The notes: generated by a model not told the origin, from the letters alone. A DNA stretch of 63,584 bases, filler included, from Actinomycetota bacterium (GCA_009886115.1; 3 parts of 3 records of this genome joined end to end with filler, not necessarily neighbours in it); one strand, 5' to 3'. Shown: positions 51,586-60,917, numbered from the whole stretch's first letter. Numbers and translations: made by a program.

Positions 51586-51601
51586 CGGGCACGAACGCTC
51601 G

Positions 51602-52069
51602 TCAGGGCTTCGTCCCAGCCTTGCGAGCCTTCGGACCAGGCGCCTTCGGCGGGTCGTTCTCGTGCAAGAACGCGTGGTACACCCCGAGCATCGCCTGCTT
51701 TTGCTCGTCGGTCAGCCGAGTCGCCCGGCGGATGGCCTCTTCGAGGTCGATCACGGCGCTGGCGTCGTCGACGGCGGCGACATCGTCGCGATCGAGCAAG
51801 CCCACCTTGGCGTACAAGACTCCGGCGGACACGCCCAACGCGTCGGCGACCTTCTTGATGACCTCGGCCGAGGGTCGGAACAGACCGCGCTCGATCTGGC
51901 TCAGGTAGGAGTCGGAAACCTCGGTCAGTCGCGCCATCTGCCGCAAGGACAGCCGAGCCGACTCCCGTTGCGTACGCAGGAACTCACCCAGCGACGCCCA
52001 CGAGGCATCGGAGCCGCGCTGGGCCCCATCGGATCTGCTGTTCGAACGCATGGATTCCCGTGCCGTCAT
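51602..52069 (-). CDS. XRE-family HTH regulator (Rv0474/MLDSR-like)
   Basis: LGEFLRTQRESARLSLRQMA...VSDSYLSQIERGLFRPSAEV...LTDEQKQAMLGVY; -10 TAGCCT 6 nt before ATG. Confidence 0.9.
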   Translation of the reverse strand: MTARESMRSNSRSDGAQRGSDASWASLGEFLRTQRESARLSLRQMARLTEVSDSYLSQIERGLFRPSAEVIKKVADALGVSAGVLYAKVGLLDRDDVAAVDDASAVIDLEEAIRRATRLTDEQKQAMLGVYHAFLHENDPPKAPGPKARKAGTKP

Positions 52070-52079
52070 GCGATCAGGC

Positions 52080-52097
52080 TACTTGGTGCATCAAGCA
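52080..52097. promoter_or_regulatory. Second copy of the palindromic operator (TACTTGGTGCATCAAGCA), adjacent to the XRE gene -10
   Basis: 14/18 identical to 51568-51585; imperfect palindrome CTTG-N6-CAAG. Confidence 0.6.
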
Positions 52098-52133
52098 GCC
52101 CGGCCACCACGGGGCTCGGGTGCGGAGCCGCTC

Positions 52134-52586
52134 TCAGACCGCGGCGAGGCGGACGGGGGCTCGAGGGCCCGGACGTCGATCATCGCCGCCGTCGCTCAGA
52201 TGACCCCACACCACACCCACGATGCCGGCGACGACCGCGAGACGCTCACGCTCGTCCGCCCCCAACGGCGACGCGCGCCGACCAACCACGAGGGACGCTT
52301 CGAATCCCGTGATCTGTACAGCTGACACCGTGTCGGAGGAGTCGGCGGTCGTGCCCCAGGCCAGGGCGGCGAGCAGCGTTCCCCGACCGGCGATGTCTTC
52401 GGACGTGGCAGCGATGATGGTCCCCGACCGATCGACGATCGAAGCCCAGTCGGCCATGAGACCGTCACGGGTCAACAGGACCGCCGTCTCGTGCAGCAGC
52501 GGGATCGAGCGCGCGAGCAGGAGCTCTTGGACGCGGTCGACGCCCACTCGACGCTTTCGCACCCCTGCCATGCTCACGACGTTCAC
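52134..52586 (-). CDS. Hypothetical protein (possible GAF-like fold)
   Basis: About 150 aa; ...ASLVVGRRASPLGADERERLAVVAGIV resembles GAF C-terminal helices. Start 52586 or 52571. Confidence 0.55.
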   Translation of the reverse strand: MNVVSMAGVRKRRVGVDRVQELLLARSIPLLHETAVLLTRDGLMADWASIVDRSGTIIAATSEDIAGRGTLLAALAWGTTADSSDTVSAVQITGFEASLVVGRRASPLGADERERLAVVAGIVGVVWGHLSDGGDDRRPGPRAPVRLAAV

Positions 52587-53183
52587 CCTGACACCTCCCG
52601 TGCTCCGCCCCGTTCACATGCACTCGTCGCAGGGGGCGACGATCGTCCCCCGTTGCTCGACGCGTCGTGAGCCAGCTCACCGTCGCCCCAAAATCAGGTC
52701 GGCCGGCACGATCCGCGCATAAGGGGATCAAGTCGCGGCGATCGTGCCGTGTGGGACATCCGCGTCCGCCGACTCGGCCACGTCCCATCGCCTGTGGCGG
52801 CGATCGTCTCCACGACGTCCTCGTCGGTCGCAACCCCGAGCACGACTCGAAGCTCCGGAATCGGCGGTGCGTCGAGGAGATCGCGCTCGCCCGGCAGCCC
52901 CGAGTCCGGGCCCGGGTGGGGGCAGGAGCCAGCGCCACGGCCGAGGAGACCGCTTGGCCGTGCGCCCAGACGGCCGGGGCCGGGGGCAGTGAGTTGCTGG
53001 CGCTCGAGTTGCTGGCGCTCGATACGGGCCAGCCGTTGAACGGAGCCGGGGTTGGCGACCGGCGTTCTCGCCGGCACAGCACCTCGCTCGAGACCCAACG
53101 TTCCCCAGCCCACCTGAGCGCCGAGCTCGGCGAACCTCGGTGGGCGCTCGCCGCTGTCACACCCATCGGTCAGGATTGCGAGC

Positions 53184-54815
53184 GTGTCGCTGTTCGATCC
53201 ACCCGCTGGGGGCCCTCCCTCGTCCGCAGCTTCCGAACGAGATCGAGGTCCGATCCGCTCGGAAGCCGACGACACGATGCGCGTCAGCGAGCTGAACCAG
53301 CGCATCCAGCGAGCGTTGTCGAAGACCTTCCCCGGCGACGTCTGGGTTCGGGGCGAGATCCGAGGCCTCCGGCCCAACCGGAGCGGTCACCTCTATTTTG
53401 AGCTGGTCGACCCGGCCGACGACCCGGCCGACGACCCGGGCACCGACGCCTCGGGCACCGACGCGGCCACGGAGCCTGACGTGGCCGGCCACCGAGAGCG
53501 GGGCGAGGCAGGATCCGGAGCTCGGGTCAGCGCAGTTCTGTGGGCAGGCACCCACCGGCGCTTGCGCGGAGGGCGCCTGCGCCGGGTGCCTGGCTTCGAG
53601 TTCCGCGACGATGTCGCGGTCCGGGTTCGGGGACGCCTCGAGTATTGGCCCCAAGGTGGCCGGCTGCAGTTCGTCATCAGCGACGTCGATCCCGAGTACA
53701 CGCTGGGGACCCTCTCGGCGACGCGTGACCGGGTGGTGGCGGCGCTCTCGGCCGACGGCCTGCTCGATCGCAACGGCGCCCTCCCCGTCTCGGCGGTGCC
53801 CCTGCGGGTGGGGCTCGTCACCAGCCACGAGAGCGCCGCTTTCCACGACTTCGTGCGGGAGCTCCAAGGAAGCGGCCTCGGGTTCGAGATCCTGCACGTC
53901 GACGCCCGGGTCCAGGGCGCGGGCTCCGAACGGTCTCTCGTCGCCGCTCTGCGGATCTTGGCCAGCCATCCGGTCGACATCGTCGCCATCGTTCGAGGCG
54001 GTGGCTCGCGCACCGATCTGGTGGTGTTCGACAGCGAGCTCGTGGCCCGGACGATCGCAGCCATGCCCGTGCCGGTGTTCACAGGCATCGGCCACGAGAT
54101 CGACACCAGCGTCGCCGACCTGGTCGCGCACACCGCCTTCAAGACCCCCACCGCGTGTGCCGGGGCCCTCGTCGTGCGTGTCGCCGAGTTCCTCGGGACC
54201 TTGGCCGAGCACTCCGACTCGCTGTGCCGGATCGCTCGCGACCACGTCGGGTCCTCGCAGAACGCGCTCGACGACCGTGCCGCCCGGATCGTCGTCGCCA
54301 GCCAACGGGCGCTCGGAGCTGCCGATCAGAGGCTCGGTCACGACGGCGTGCGGTTGCGTCGATCGGCCCGGCAGGTCTCCGAACAGGCCCGCCACCGGGT
54401 CGACCGGGCCGCGCATCGCACGCGAACCACGTCGGAGATCCATCTGGCACGGGCCCAGGGGCGCCTCTGGCGCGCTGCGGATCGGGTCCGCCCCGATCGT
54501 GTCCGCCAGATCCTGAACCTCGAGCACCACCGCCTCGAGACGCTCGAAGCGAGAACTCGGGCCCTCGACCCGTCGCGCATCCTCGCTCGTGGGTACTCGC
54601 TGAGCCGCACCGACGACGGGCGCCTGGTGCGCTCACCCGCCGACGCGCCCCCAGGCACGACACTCACGACGATCCTCGCTCAGGGCCAAGTCCGCAGCGT
54701 CGTCGTGCCGCTCCAGTTCGACGGCCGGGGCTCCGACGACACCAGCCGCATCCCCAGCGACACGATCAGCTCCACACAGCCGGCATCACCCCCCGACCCG
54801 GAGGTCCGCCCATGA
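53184..54815 (+). CDS. xseA: Exodeoxyribonuclease VII large subunit
   Basis: VSELNQRI...VWVRGEI...SGHLYFELVD; VRGGGSRTDL; TGIGHEID; KTPTA; LARGYS. Confidence 0.95.
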   Translation: MSLFDPPAGGPPSSAASERDRGPIRSEADDTMRVSELNQRIQRALSKTFPGDVWVRGEIRGLRPNRSGHLYFELVDPADDPADDPGTDASGTDAATEPDVAGHRERGEAGSGARVSAVLWAGTHRRLRGGRLRRVPGFEFRDDVAVRVRGRLEYWPQGGRLQFVISDVDPEYTLGTLSATRDRVVAALSADGLLDRNGALPVSAVPLRVGLVTSHESAAFHDFVRELQGSGLGFEILHVDARVQGAGSERSLVAALRILASHPVDIVAIVRGGGSRTDLVVFDSELVARTIAAMPVPVFTGIGHEIDTSVADLVAHTAFKTPTACAGALVVRVAEFLGTLAEHSDSLCRIARDHVGSSQNALDDRAARIVVASQRALGAADQRLGHDGVRLRRSARQVSEQARHRVDRAAHRTRTTSEIHLARAQGRLWRAADRVRPDRVRQILNLEHHRLETLEARTRALDPSRILARGYSLSRTDDGRLVRSPADAPPGTTLTTILAQGQVRSVVVPLQFDGRGSDDTSRIPSDTISSTQPASPPDPEVRP

Positions 54816-55036
54816 CCAGTGAACCCACTCTGGAGCCACGCGAGACCACGTATCGGGAGGCGCTGGTCGAGATCGAGCAGATCCTCGCCGACCTCGAACG
54901 CGATGCGGTCGACGTCGACCAGCTCGCCGAGAAGGTCGAGCGCGCTGCCGACCTGATCGAGCTGTGTCGCTCGCGCATCGCCGATGCTCGCGTGCGGGTC
55001 GAAGAGATCGTGGCCGATCTCGAGACTGACGACTGA
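54812..55036 (+). CDS. xseB: Exodeoxyribonuclease VII small subunit
   Basis: YREALVEIEQILADLE...DVDQLAEKVERAADLIELC; ATGA overlap with xseA. Confidence 0.92.
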   Translation: MTSEPTLEPRETTYREALVEIEQILADLERDAVDVDQLAEKVERAADLIELCRSRIADARVRVEEIVADLETDD

Positions 55037-55051
55037 CGACTGACGAGTGAC
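55024..55051. repeat. 7-bp tandem repeat (GACTGAC) x4 spanning the xseB stop
   Basis: GACTGAC GACTGAC GACTGAC GAGTGAC. Confidence 0.8.
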
Positions 55052-55065
55052 GTTCGGATGCCGGG

Positions 55066-56403
55066 TCAGGGCTGGGCGACGTAGCCGTACAGCAGGTTCA
55101 CCCGGATCTGCTCGCGGGTCGCTTCGTCGATGCCGAGCCCGTCGCTCAGATACGCCTCGAACGAGCCGAACTCCTCCTCCATGGCCTTGAAGCCGGCCTT
55201 GAGGTAGTCGGACTTGGCGATCAGGAGCGGTCGCAGCAACGCCGGATCCGACAGGTTGTCGCCGAACGACGCCAACGTCGCGTCGACGGTGGCGTCGCGG
55301 AGCTCGTTCGAGAGCAGGTAGTCGTCGATGATCGTCTCGCGAGGCACGTCGAGCAGCATCAAGACGATGGCCGTCGCCCATCCGGTCTGGTCGATGCCCC
55401 GGGTGTCGTGGATCTGGACGGGATACGACGCCGGATCAGCGAGGAGCACGAGCATGTCGTGGTAGGCAGTCAGTGCTTCGGGGCTGGCGACCAGGTACCC
55501 GGCGAGTGCGACGCGGCTGCGCTCGGCACGCCCGTCGCCGAGTAGGGCCTCCTGGGCGGCCGCGTCACCGGTCGCGACCACCTCGAGCGCGTCGAACAGG
55601 AGGTCGCTCTCGGCGTCGTAGATCGACAGCACCACGCCCGCCTGGCCACGGACCAGGGGGTCGGCGCCCCCGATGGCCCGCTCGGGTTCTCCCCGGAAGT
55701 CGATGACGGTCGCGACCTTCAGGCGGGTGTACTTGGTCGTGCCCGCTTGCGTGAGAGCGTTGAACGCGTCGGAGCGGTACAGGAAGCCGAATTTCGCACC
55801 CGAGCCGCCGTAGGTTCGATAGCCGCCGATGTCACGGAAGTTGCTCGTGCCTTCGATGTCGACGACCCGGACGCCGACGGTGGCGGCGAGCGGGTTGTTC
55901 CCGTCGGGGATCAACGCGAACACGTAGCGACGGGTCGGGTCGAGCCCGGTGGCGACGAAGCGCCCGTCTCCTGCAGGCACCGGCGGCTCGAAGACGACGT
56001 TGCCGACGGTGATGTTCGGATCGGTGGAGGCGAGGACCGAGACCTCGAGCACTTCCGGGTCGGCGAACCACACGATGTCGTAGTTCCCGCTGACCGGGTC
56101 GAACGTGACCTCGATCTCCTGCAGCAGGCCGGTCTCGGGGGGGATCGGCCGAGTGGTCGTGGCCACCACGGTCGCCGTCGTCGTCGCCACCCCGGTCCCC
56201 GATGTGCTCGACTGCCCACCCGGCGGGCTGGTCGCGGTGTTCACCGGCCCGGTGCCATCGGCCGGGGTCGTGGTCGTGAGCTGGGACGTGACCGTGGTGA
56301 CATCGGGGGGAACCGTCTCGGGCGGCGCCGTTTCCGACGACTCTCCCGCACAGCCCGACGCCACGACCGCCAACGCGAGCAGCACTGCGCACCAGCGATT
56401 CAT
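55066..56403 (-). CDS. Lipoprotein with tyrosine-phosphatase (Y_phosphatase3/PtpB-like) domain and degenerate active site
   Basis: Lipobox VASGC; Thr-rich linker; NFRDIGGY, LYRSD, VIDFR, DDYLLSN; P-loop reads HDTRGIDQTG. Confidence 0.85.
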   Translation of the reverse strand: MNRWCAVLLALAVVASGCAGESSETAPPETVPPDVTTVTSQLTTTTPADGTGPVNTATSPPGGQSSTSGTGVATTTATVVATTTRPIPPETGLLQEIEVTFDPVSGNYDIVWFADPEVLEVSVLASTDPNITVGNVVFEPPVPAGDGRFVATGLDPTRRYVFALIPDGNNPLAATVGVRVVDIEGTSNFRDIGGYRTYGGSGAKFGFLYRSDAFNALTQAGTTKYTRLKVATVIDFRGEPERAIGGADPLVRGQAGVVLSIYDAESDLLFDALEVVATGDAAAQEALLGDGRAERSRVALAGYLVASPEALTAYHDMLVLLADPASYPVQIHDTRGIDQTGWATAIVLMLLDVPRETIIDDYLLSNELRDATVDATLASFGDNLSDPALLRPLLIAKSDYLKAGFKAMEEEFGSFEAYLSDGLGIDEATREQIRVNLLYGYVAQP

Positions 56404-56473
56404 CCACCCTCCCGCATCATCGGCCTGGCCGTGGATCGTAGACCGGCCCCGGAGCGGCTCGACCTCGGCGCGA

Positions 56474-57640
56474 TCAGACCCGGGCCTTGACGAGCGTGTC
56501 GGCGAGCTCCTCGAACGCCTTCGCCACCGCCGACTTCGGGGAGTGCAACACCACCGGGACGCCCCGGTTGACCGACTCGGGAACCACGACCGAGCTGGGC
56601 AGGTAACACGACACCTTCGTCCGGAGCGTCCGTTCGACCGCCGGGAGGTCGAGCTTGGCCTTCGAGCCCGCTCGGTTCATCACCAGACGAGCCTTGTTCT
56701 GGCCGATGCCGAGCAGATTCAGCACCTCGAGCGCGATCTTCATGTTCTTGACGTTCGCGATGTCGGCCGAGGTGACCAACACGACCTCGTCAGCGGCCTC
56801 CATGAGGCTGAGCGAGAGCTCGTTCAGCTGCGGAGGGGTGTCGACCACGACGAAGCCGAAGGTCTCGGTCAGCATCGAGCAGATGCGCACGACGTCCGCC
56901 GTCGCGATCTGGTCAGCGAGACGGGGATCCGAGGGGGCCGCGAGCACCATCGTGCCCGAGCCCTCGTGGCGGGTCAGGAGGCTGCGCAGGATCGGGGCGT
57001 CGATGCGCGCCCCCGCCTCGACCGCGTTGACCATCGTGTACTTGGGCGCGAGCCGCATCATCACGCAGATGTCGCCGAACTGGAGGTCGGCATCGACGAC
57101 GGCCACCTCGTCGCTGGAACGAGCCCGCAGTGCGACGGCAAGGTTGGACGAGACCACGCTCTTGCCGACCCCGCCCTTGGCCGAGACCACGACCACGAGG
57201 CGACCGCGGCGTTCGGACGACCAGGGGGGTGGAGCTGCGCCCGAGATCCCGAAACGCTCGCCGATCGCGTCCATGGCGAACTCGATCTGGTCGGCAACCG
57301 TGTGATCGAGGGCCACGACGTCGCGCACGCCCGCTCGCAGGGCCTCCCGCAGCAGCTCGGTGGTGACGGCCTCCACCACCAGGATCGCAGCCAGGTCGGG
57401 GCGCCCACGAGCCAGGGTGTCGATCTGGGCCAGGATCTCCCTGGAAGCACACGATGGACCCAGGAGAACGATGGCTCCATGTCCGTCACCGACGACCCGA
57501 GCGACCTCGTCCACCGACCGACACGACATCACCGGCCCGCGCGGCTCCAGGATCCCCGCGAGGTGGTCCCGCAAGGTCGGATCGAGCTCGACCACCACGA
57601 GTGCGAGTGTCTCCATCACATAGCTTCCGGCTGTGGCCAT
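56474..57640 (-). CDS. cpaE: Tad/Flp pilus assembly protein CpaE/TadZ (receiver-like domain + MinD/ParA ATPase)
   Basis: EALRAGVRDVV; SAKGGVGKS; VVDADLQFGD; VVVDTPP; LVMNR; VNRGVPVV. Confidence 0.8.
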   Translation of the reverse strand: MATAGSYVMETLALVVVELDPTLRDHLAGILEPRGPVMSCRSVDEVARVVGDGHGAIVLLGPSCASREILAQIDTLARGRPDLAAILVVEAVTTELLREALRAGVRDVVALDHTVADQIEFAMDAIGERFGISGAAPPPWSSERRGRLVVVVSAKGGVGKSVVSSNLAVALRARSSDEVAVVDADLQFGDICVMMRLAPKYTMVNAVEAGARIDAPILRSLLTRHEGSGTMVLAAPSDPRLADQIATADVVRICSMLTETFGFVVVDTPPQLNELSLSLMEAADEVVLVTSADIANVKNMKIALEVLNLLGIGQNKARLVMNRAGSKAKLDLPAVERTLRTKVSCYLPSSVVVPESVNRGVPVVLHSPKSAVAKAFEELADTLVKARV

Positions 57641-57694
57641 GATCGGGTGCGACCTCGCTCACTTCGGACATCGAGTGACAGCTCTCGTGTTTCT

Positions 57695-57721
57695 CCATCG
57701 GCTCCACGGGCCATCGCTTGA
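57695..57721 (-). promoter_or_regulatory. Sigma28/WhiG-type promoter TCAA-N15-GCCGATGG upstream of cpaE
   Basis: Minus strand reads TTCAAGCGATGGCCCGTGGAGCCGATGG. Confidence 0.6.
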
Positions 57722-57873
57722 ACAAACTTCGGCGGGCCCGCTGCTCGGAAGCCTCACCCCGATCATCGGGATGCTCGGGTCGTTCCCACCCATCCACCAC
57801 CTCCCGTGAGCGAAATGACCACCTTACGGGCGGTGCCCCCTTGAGATATTCACTCTCCGTGGTATAAGACCTC

Positions 57874-59242
57874 ATGCTTCTCCAGGGCTTCCAGATCGAT
57901 GACGATGCGCCGCAGCACCGGCTGCATCACACACTCACCGTCGTCACCGGCGTCGACCCGGCGCAGCGCGAGGCGCTCGCCCTCGAGCTGGCAGGGGCCG
58001 CCGTGGCCCGCACCCGCCACCCGAGCTCGCCGGTGGCGGTCGATGTGGACGCATGCATCCTCAGACCCGTCGAGACAACCGAGCGACGGGGCCCTCCCTA
58101 CGACGAGACGCCGGACGCTCGTGATGCTCGGCGGGCCGCCTTGGCCGCCGAGCGCGCTTGTTGGCTCGAGCAGGCGAGCGCCCACGAGGAGCAGCTGCGT
58201 CAGATCAACGAGGACCCGAACGGGAACCATCGGGTTCAGATCGCGCGGGCCACCCTCGATCGATTCCAGGCCGCGGCACAGCGCTCCGTTCTCGCCGGCG
58301 CCGACGCGCTGGGTCTCGAGGCGCTGCACGCCGAGATCGAGGCCGCAGCCGCGCTGACCGAGCGGCGACCCCGGGCTGGCAACCAGGCTCGGATCGCCAG
58401 GGCGCGGGCCCAGGAGCGCGAACTCCTCCAGCGGCTGGGCTTCTCGACCTGGCTGGAGTACCGGATTGCCGCCCGCGGCCCGGCTCAGCCCGACGATCAG
58501 CTCGTCGAGCAGATCCGGCGAGCTCGCGCCGATCTGGATGCGGCGACCACCCTCCAGGCCCGGAGAACGACCTGCGAGAACACCCTGGCGGAGGCCCGCG
58601 AACAGGTCGCGATCATCGATGCCCAGCTGATGCTCGATCGACCACGGGTGACGACGGAATCGCCGTTGGCGTTCGAGCTCCGCGTGCTCCAGCAGGCCAG
58701 TGGTCTGCGCCGCCACCGCCTCCCGCTCATCGTCGACGATCCCTTCGAGGGCTGGACACGAGAAGCCTTCGAACAGGCGTTGGCGTTGCTCCACGATGTT
58801 TCCGGTGAGCTGCAGGTCGTGTACCTGACGAGCGACGCTCAGGTCGTTGCCTGGGCGGCCGGCTCTCTGGATCAGCTGGGGAGGAGCGTCATCGACCTCG
58901 GTGGCGACGTGGCCGGCATCGACGGGCCGGAGCTGGGTGATCTCCTGATCGTCAACACCTGCTCCCACGGGGCAACCGATCAGGCCCGCCCCGACGCGAC
59001 CGTGGCGGGGCGCGACGTGAACGAGGTGGTCCTCCCCGGCCGGCACGACGATGTGGCCAGAGACCTCTGCCCGCTGTGCGCCATGGTCGGGACGCTCGAG
59101 CCATGCTCACAGTGCAGTCGCGGGACGTGCCGATCGTGCCTGGTCGTGCCCCTGCGCTCGCGCGCTCGCCTGTGCGTCGCCTGTGCCCTGGTGGCAGCCG
59201 GTGTACGGCATCGCCGCCACGAACGGCGGCCCCGCGCAGAAC
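57874..59242 (+). CDS. Coiled-coil protein with degenerate SMC/YhaN-like ATPase motifs and C-terminal Cys-rich zinc finger, 3' truncated
   Basis: LTVVTGVDPAQRE (decayed Walker A region), coiled coil, PLIVDDPF, QVVYLTSD, CPLC..CSQC..CRSC..CVAC. Confidence 0.65.
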
Positions 59243-59342
59243 NNNNNNNNNNNNNNNNNNNNNNNNNNNNNNNNNNNNNNNNNNNNTTAATTAATTAANN
59301 NNNNNNNNNNNNNNNNNNNNNNNNNNNNNNNNNNNNNNNNNN
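59243..59342. other. Artificial contig-joining spacer
   Basis: N44 + TTAATTAATTAA + N44. Confidence 0.97.
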
Positions 59343-60864
59343 CTCCAGGTCGGCCCCACGCTCTCGTTCAGCGCCAAGACGTCCATCCCCAGGCCGGCAC
59401 CGAGAAGCGGATACGCGGCCATGTTTTCAAACGCGGCGACCGTGCCCTGCCAACGGGCCTGGGCCGAGTGTGTTCAGCCCGGACGACGTCTTCCTCCGGG
59501 ACATGCAGAACAACACGACCGTGTTGATCAGCGCTACAGCAATCTCGCCAACCACCTCGGCCAACGCGAGGTCAGCGACCGGGATCTGGCTCAACCCCAG
59601 CGGCCGGATGGTGAGCGACAACGGCCGATTCGTGGTCTTCAACTCCGTAGGGTCAAACCTGTTCGCGCGAACCGGTGTCAGCGCTCCGCCGGCAGGATCA
59701 ATGCAGACGTACGTCAGAGACACGGTGCTCAACACCACGGAGGCCGTGACCATCAATCCTGCCGGCACTTTGTTTGGTGATGCTGGAGTTGAGTACGAGT
59801 ACGGGCCAGGTACAGCCGGCCCGCAGATCCAACACGGCAGTCCCACGATCTCAGCGGCCGGAGAGACAGTCGCATTCGTCTCCATTGCGAACAACCTTGT
59901 CGTCAGCCCCTCGGCGGTGACCTCTGGCGACGTATTCCTGCGCCGGTGGACGATGAACGTCAACCCGACGCCGCCCACGACTCCGACGCAGCCGACGACT
60001 CCGACGCAGCCGGCACCGACGACGCAGCCGGGTGCCACGACGCCGACCACGCCGACCACGGTGCCGGGGACGACACCGACGACGCAGGGACCGGCGCAGC
60101 AGGCTGGGCCGAACGGGTACTGGATGGCGTCTGACAACGGGCAGGTCTACGGGTTCGGCTCGGCTGCGGGCACGGCCCAGGCGGCGTTCGCCCCGGCGGG
60201 TACGGTCAGCGACATCGAGGTGCTTCCCGGTGGTGGCTACTACCTGCTCGAAGCGAACGGTCGGGTCTCCAGGAACGGTGGCGCCCAGGTTGCCGCAGCC
60301 CTGAGCCTCAACGCTGGTGAGACCGCAGCCGCCATCTCCATCACGCCTTCAGGCAACGGCTACTGGATCTTCACCAACCGGGGCCGGGTCTTCGAGGCGG
60401 GCGACGCGGTGAAGCGGGGAGACATGTCGGCGACGGTGCTCAACGGCCCGATCCTCGACTCCGTGTCCACACCCACCGGCGCGGGCTACTACATGGTCGC
60501 CTCCGATGGTGGCGTGTTCGCCTTCGGTGATGCCCGCTTCGCCGGCTCGATGGGCGGCAAGCAACTCAACCAGCCCGTGCAGTCGCTCGTACCGACAGCC
60601 ACCAACGGCGGCTACTGGCTGGTGGCGGCCGACGGCGGGATCTTCGCCTTCGGAGACGCCGGCTTCGTCGGCTCGATCCCCGGCGTGCTCGCCGCTGGTC
60701 AGTCGCTGAACGCCCCGATCACCGGGATGGTCCGCTACGGCAACGGCTACCTCATGGTGGCCACCGACGGCGGGATCTTCAGCTTCAGCAACCGGCCGTT
60801 CTTCGGTTCACTCGGCGGCCAGGCCATCCCCCGTCCCATCGTGGCGGTGGCGCCCGCCCCGTGA
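59343..60864 (+). CDS. 5'-partial secreted TolB/PD40-like repeat protein with PT linker and C-terminal GYW-DGG module (possible +1 frameshift at ~59445)
   Basis: DVFLRD, SDNGRFVVFNS, QTYVRD, TISAAGETVAFVSIANNLV; (PTT)n linker; GYW..DGG repeats. Confidence 0.75.
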
Positions 60865-60917
60865 TCTGAGACGGCCGACGCAGAGCCCACAGCGTTCACT
60901 GCGGGCAGACGAACGAT

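Noticed and set aside
52694..53166. Possible CDS between the GAF-like gene and xseA
   Set aside because: No frame shows convincing motifs, an RBS or codon bias; left unannotated.
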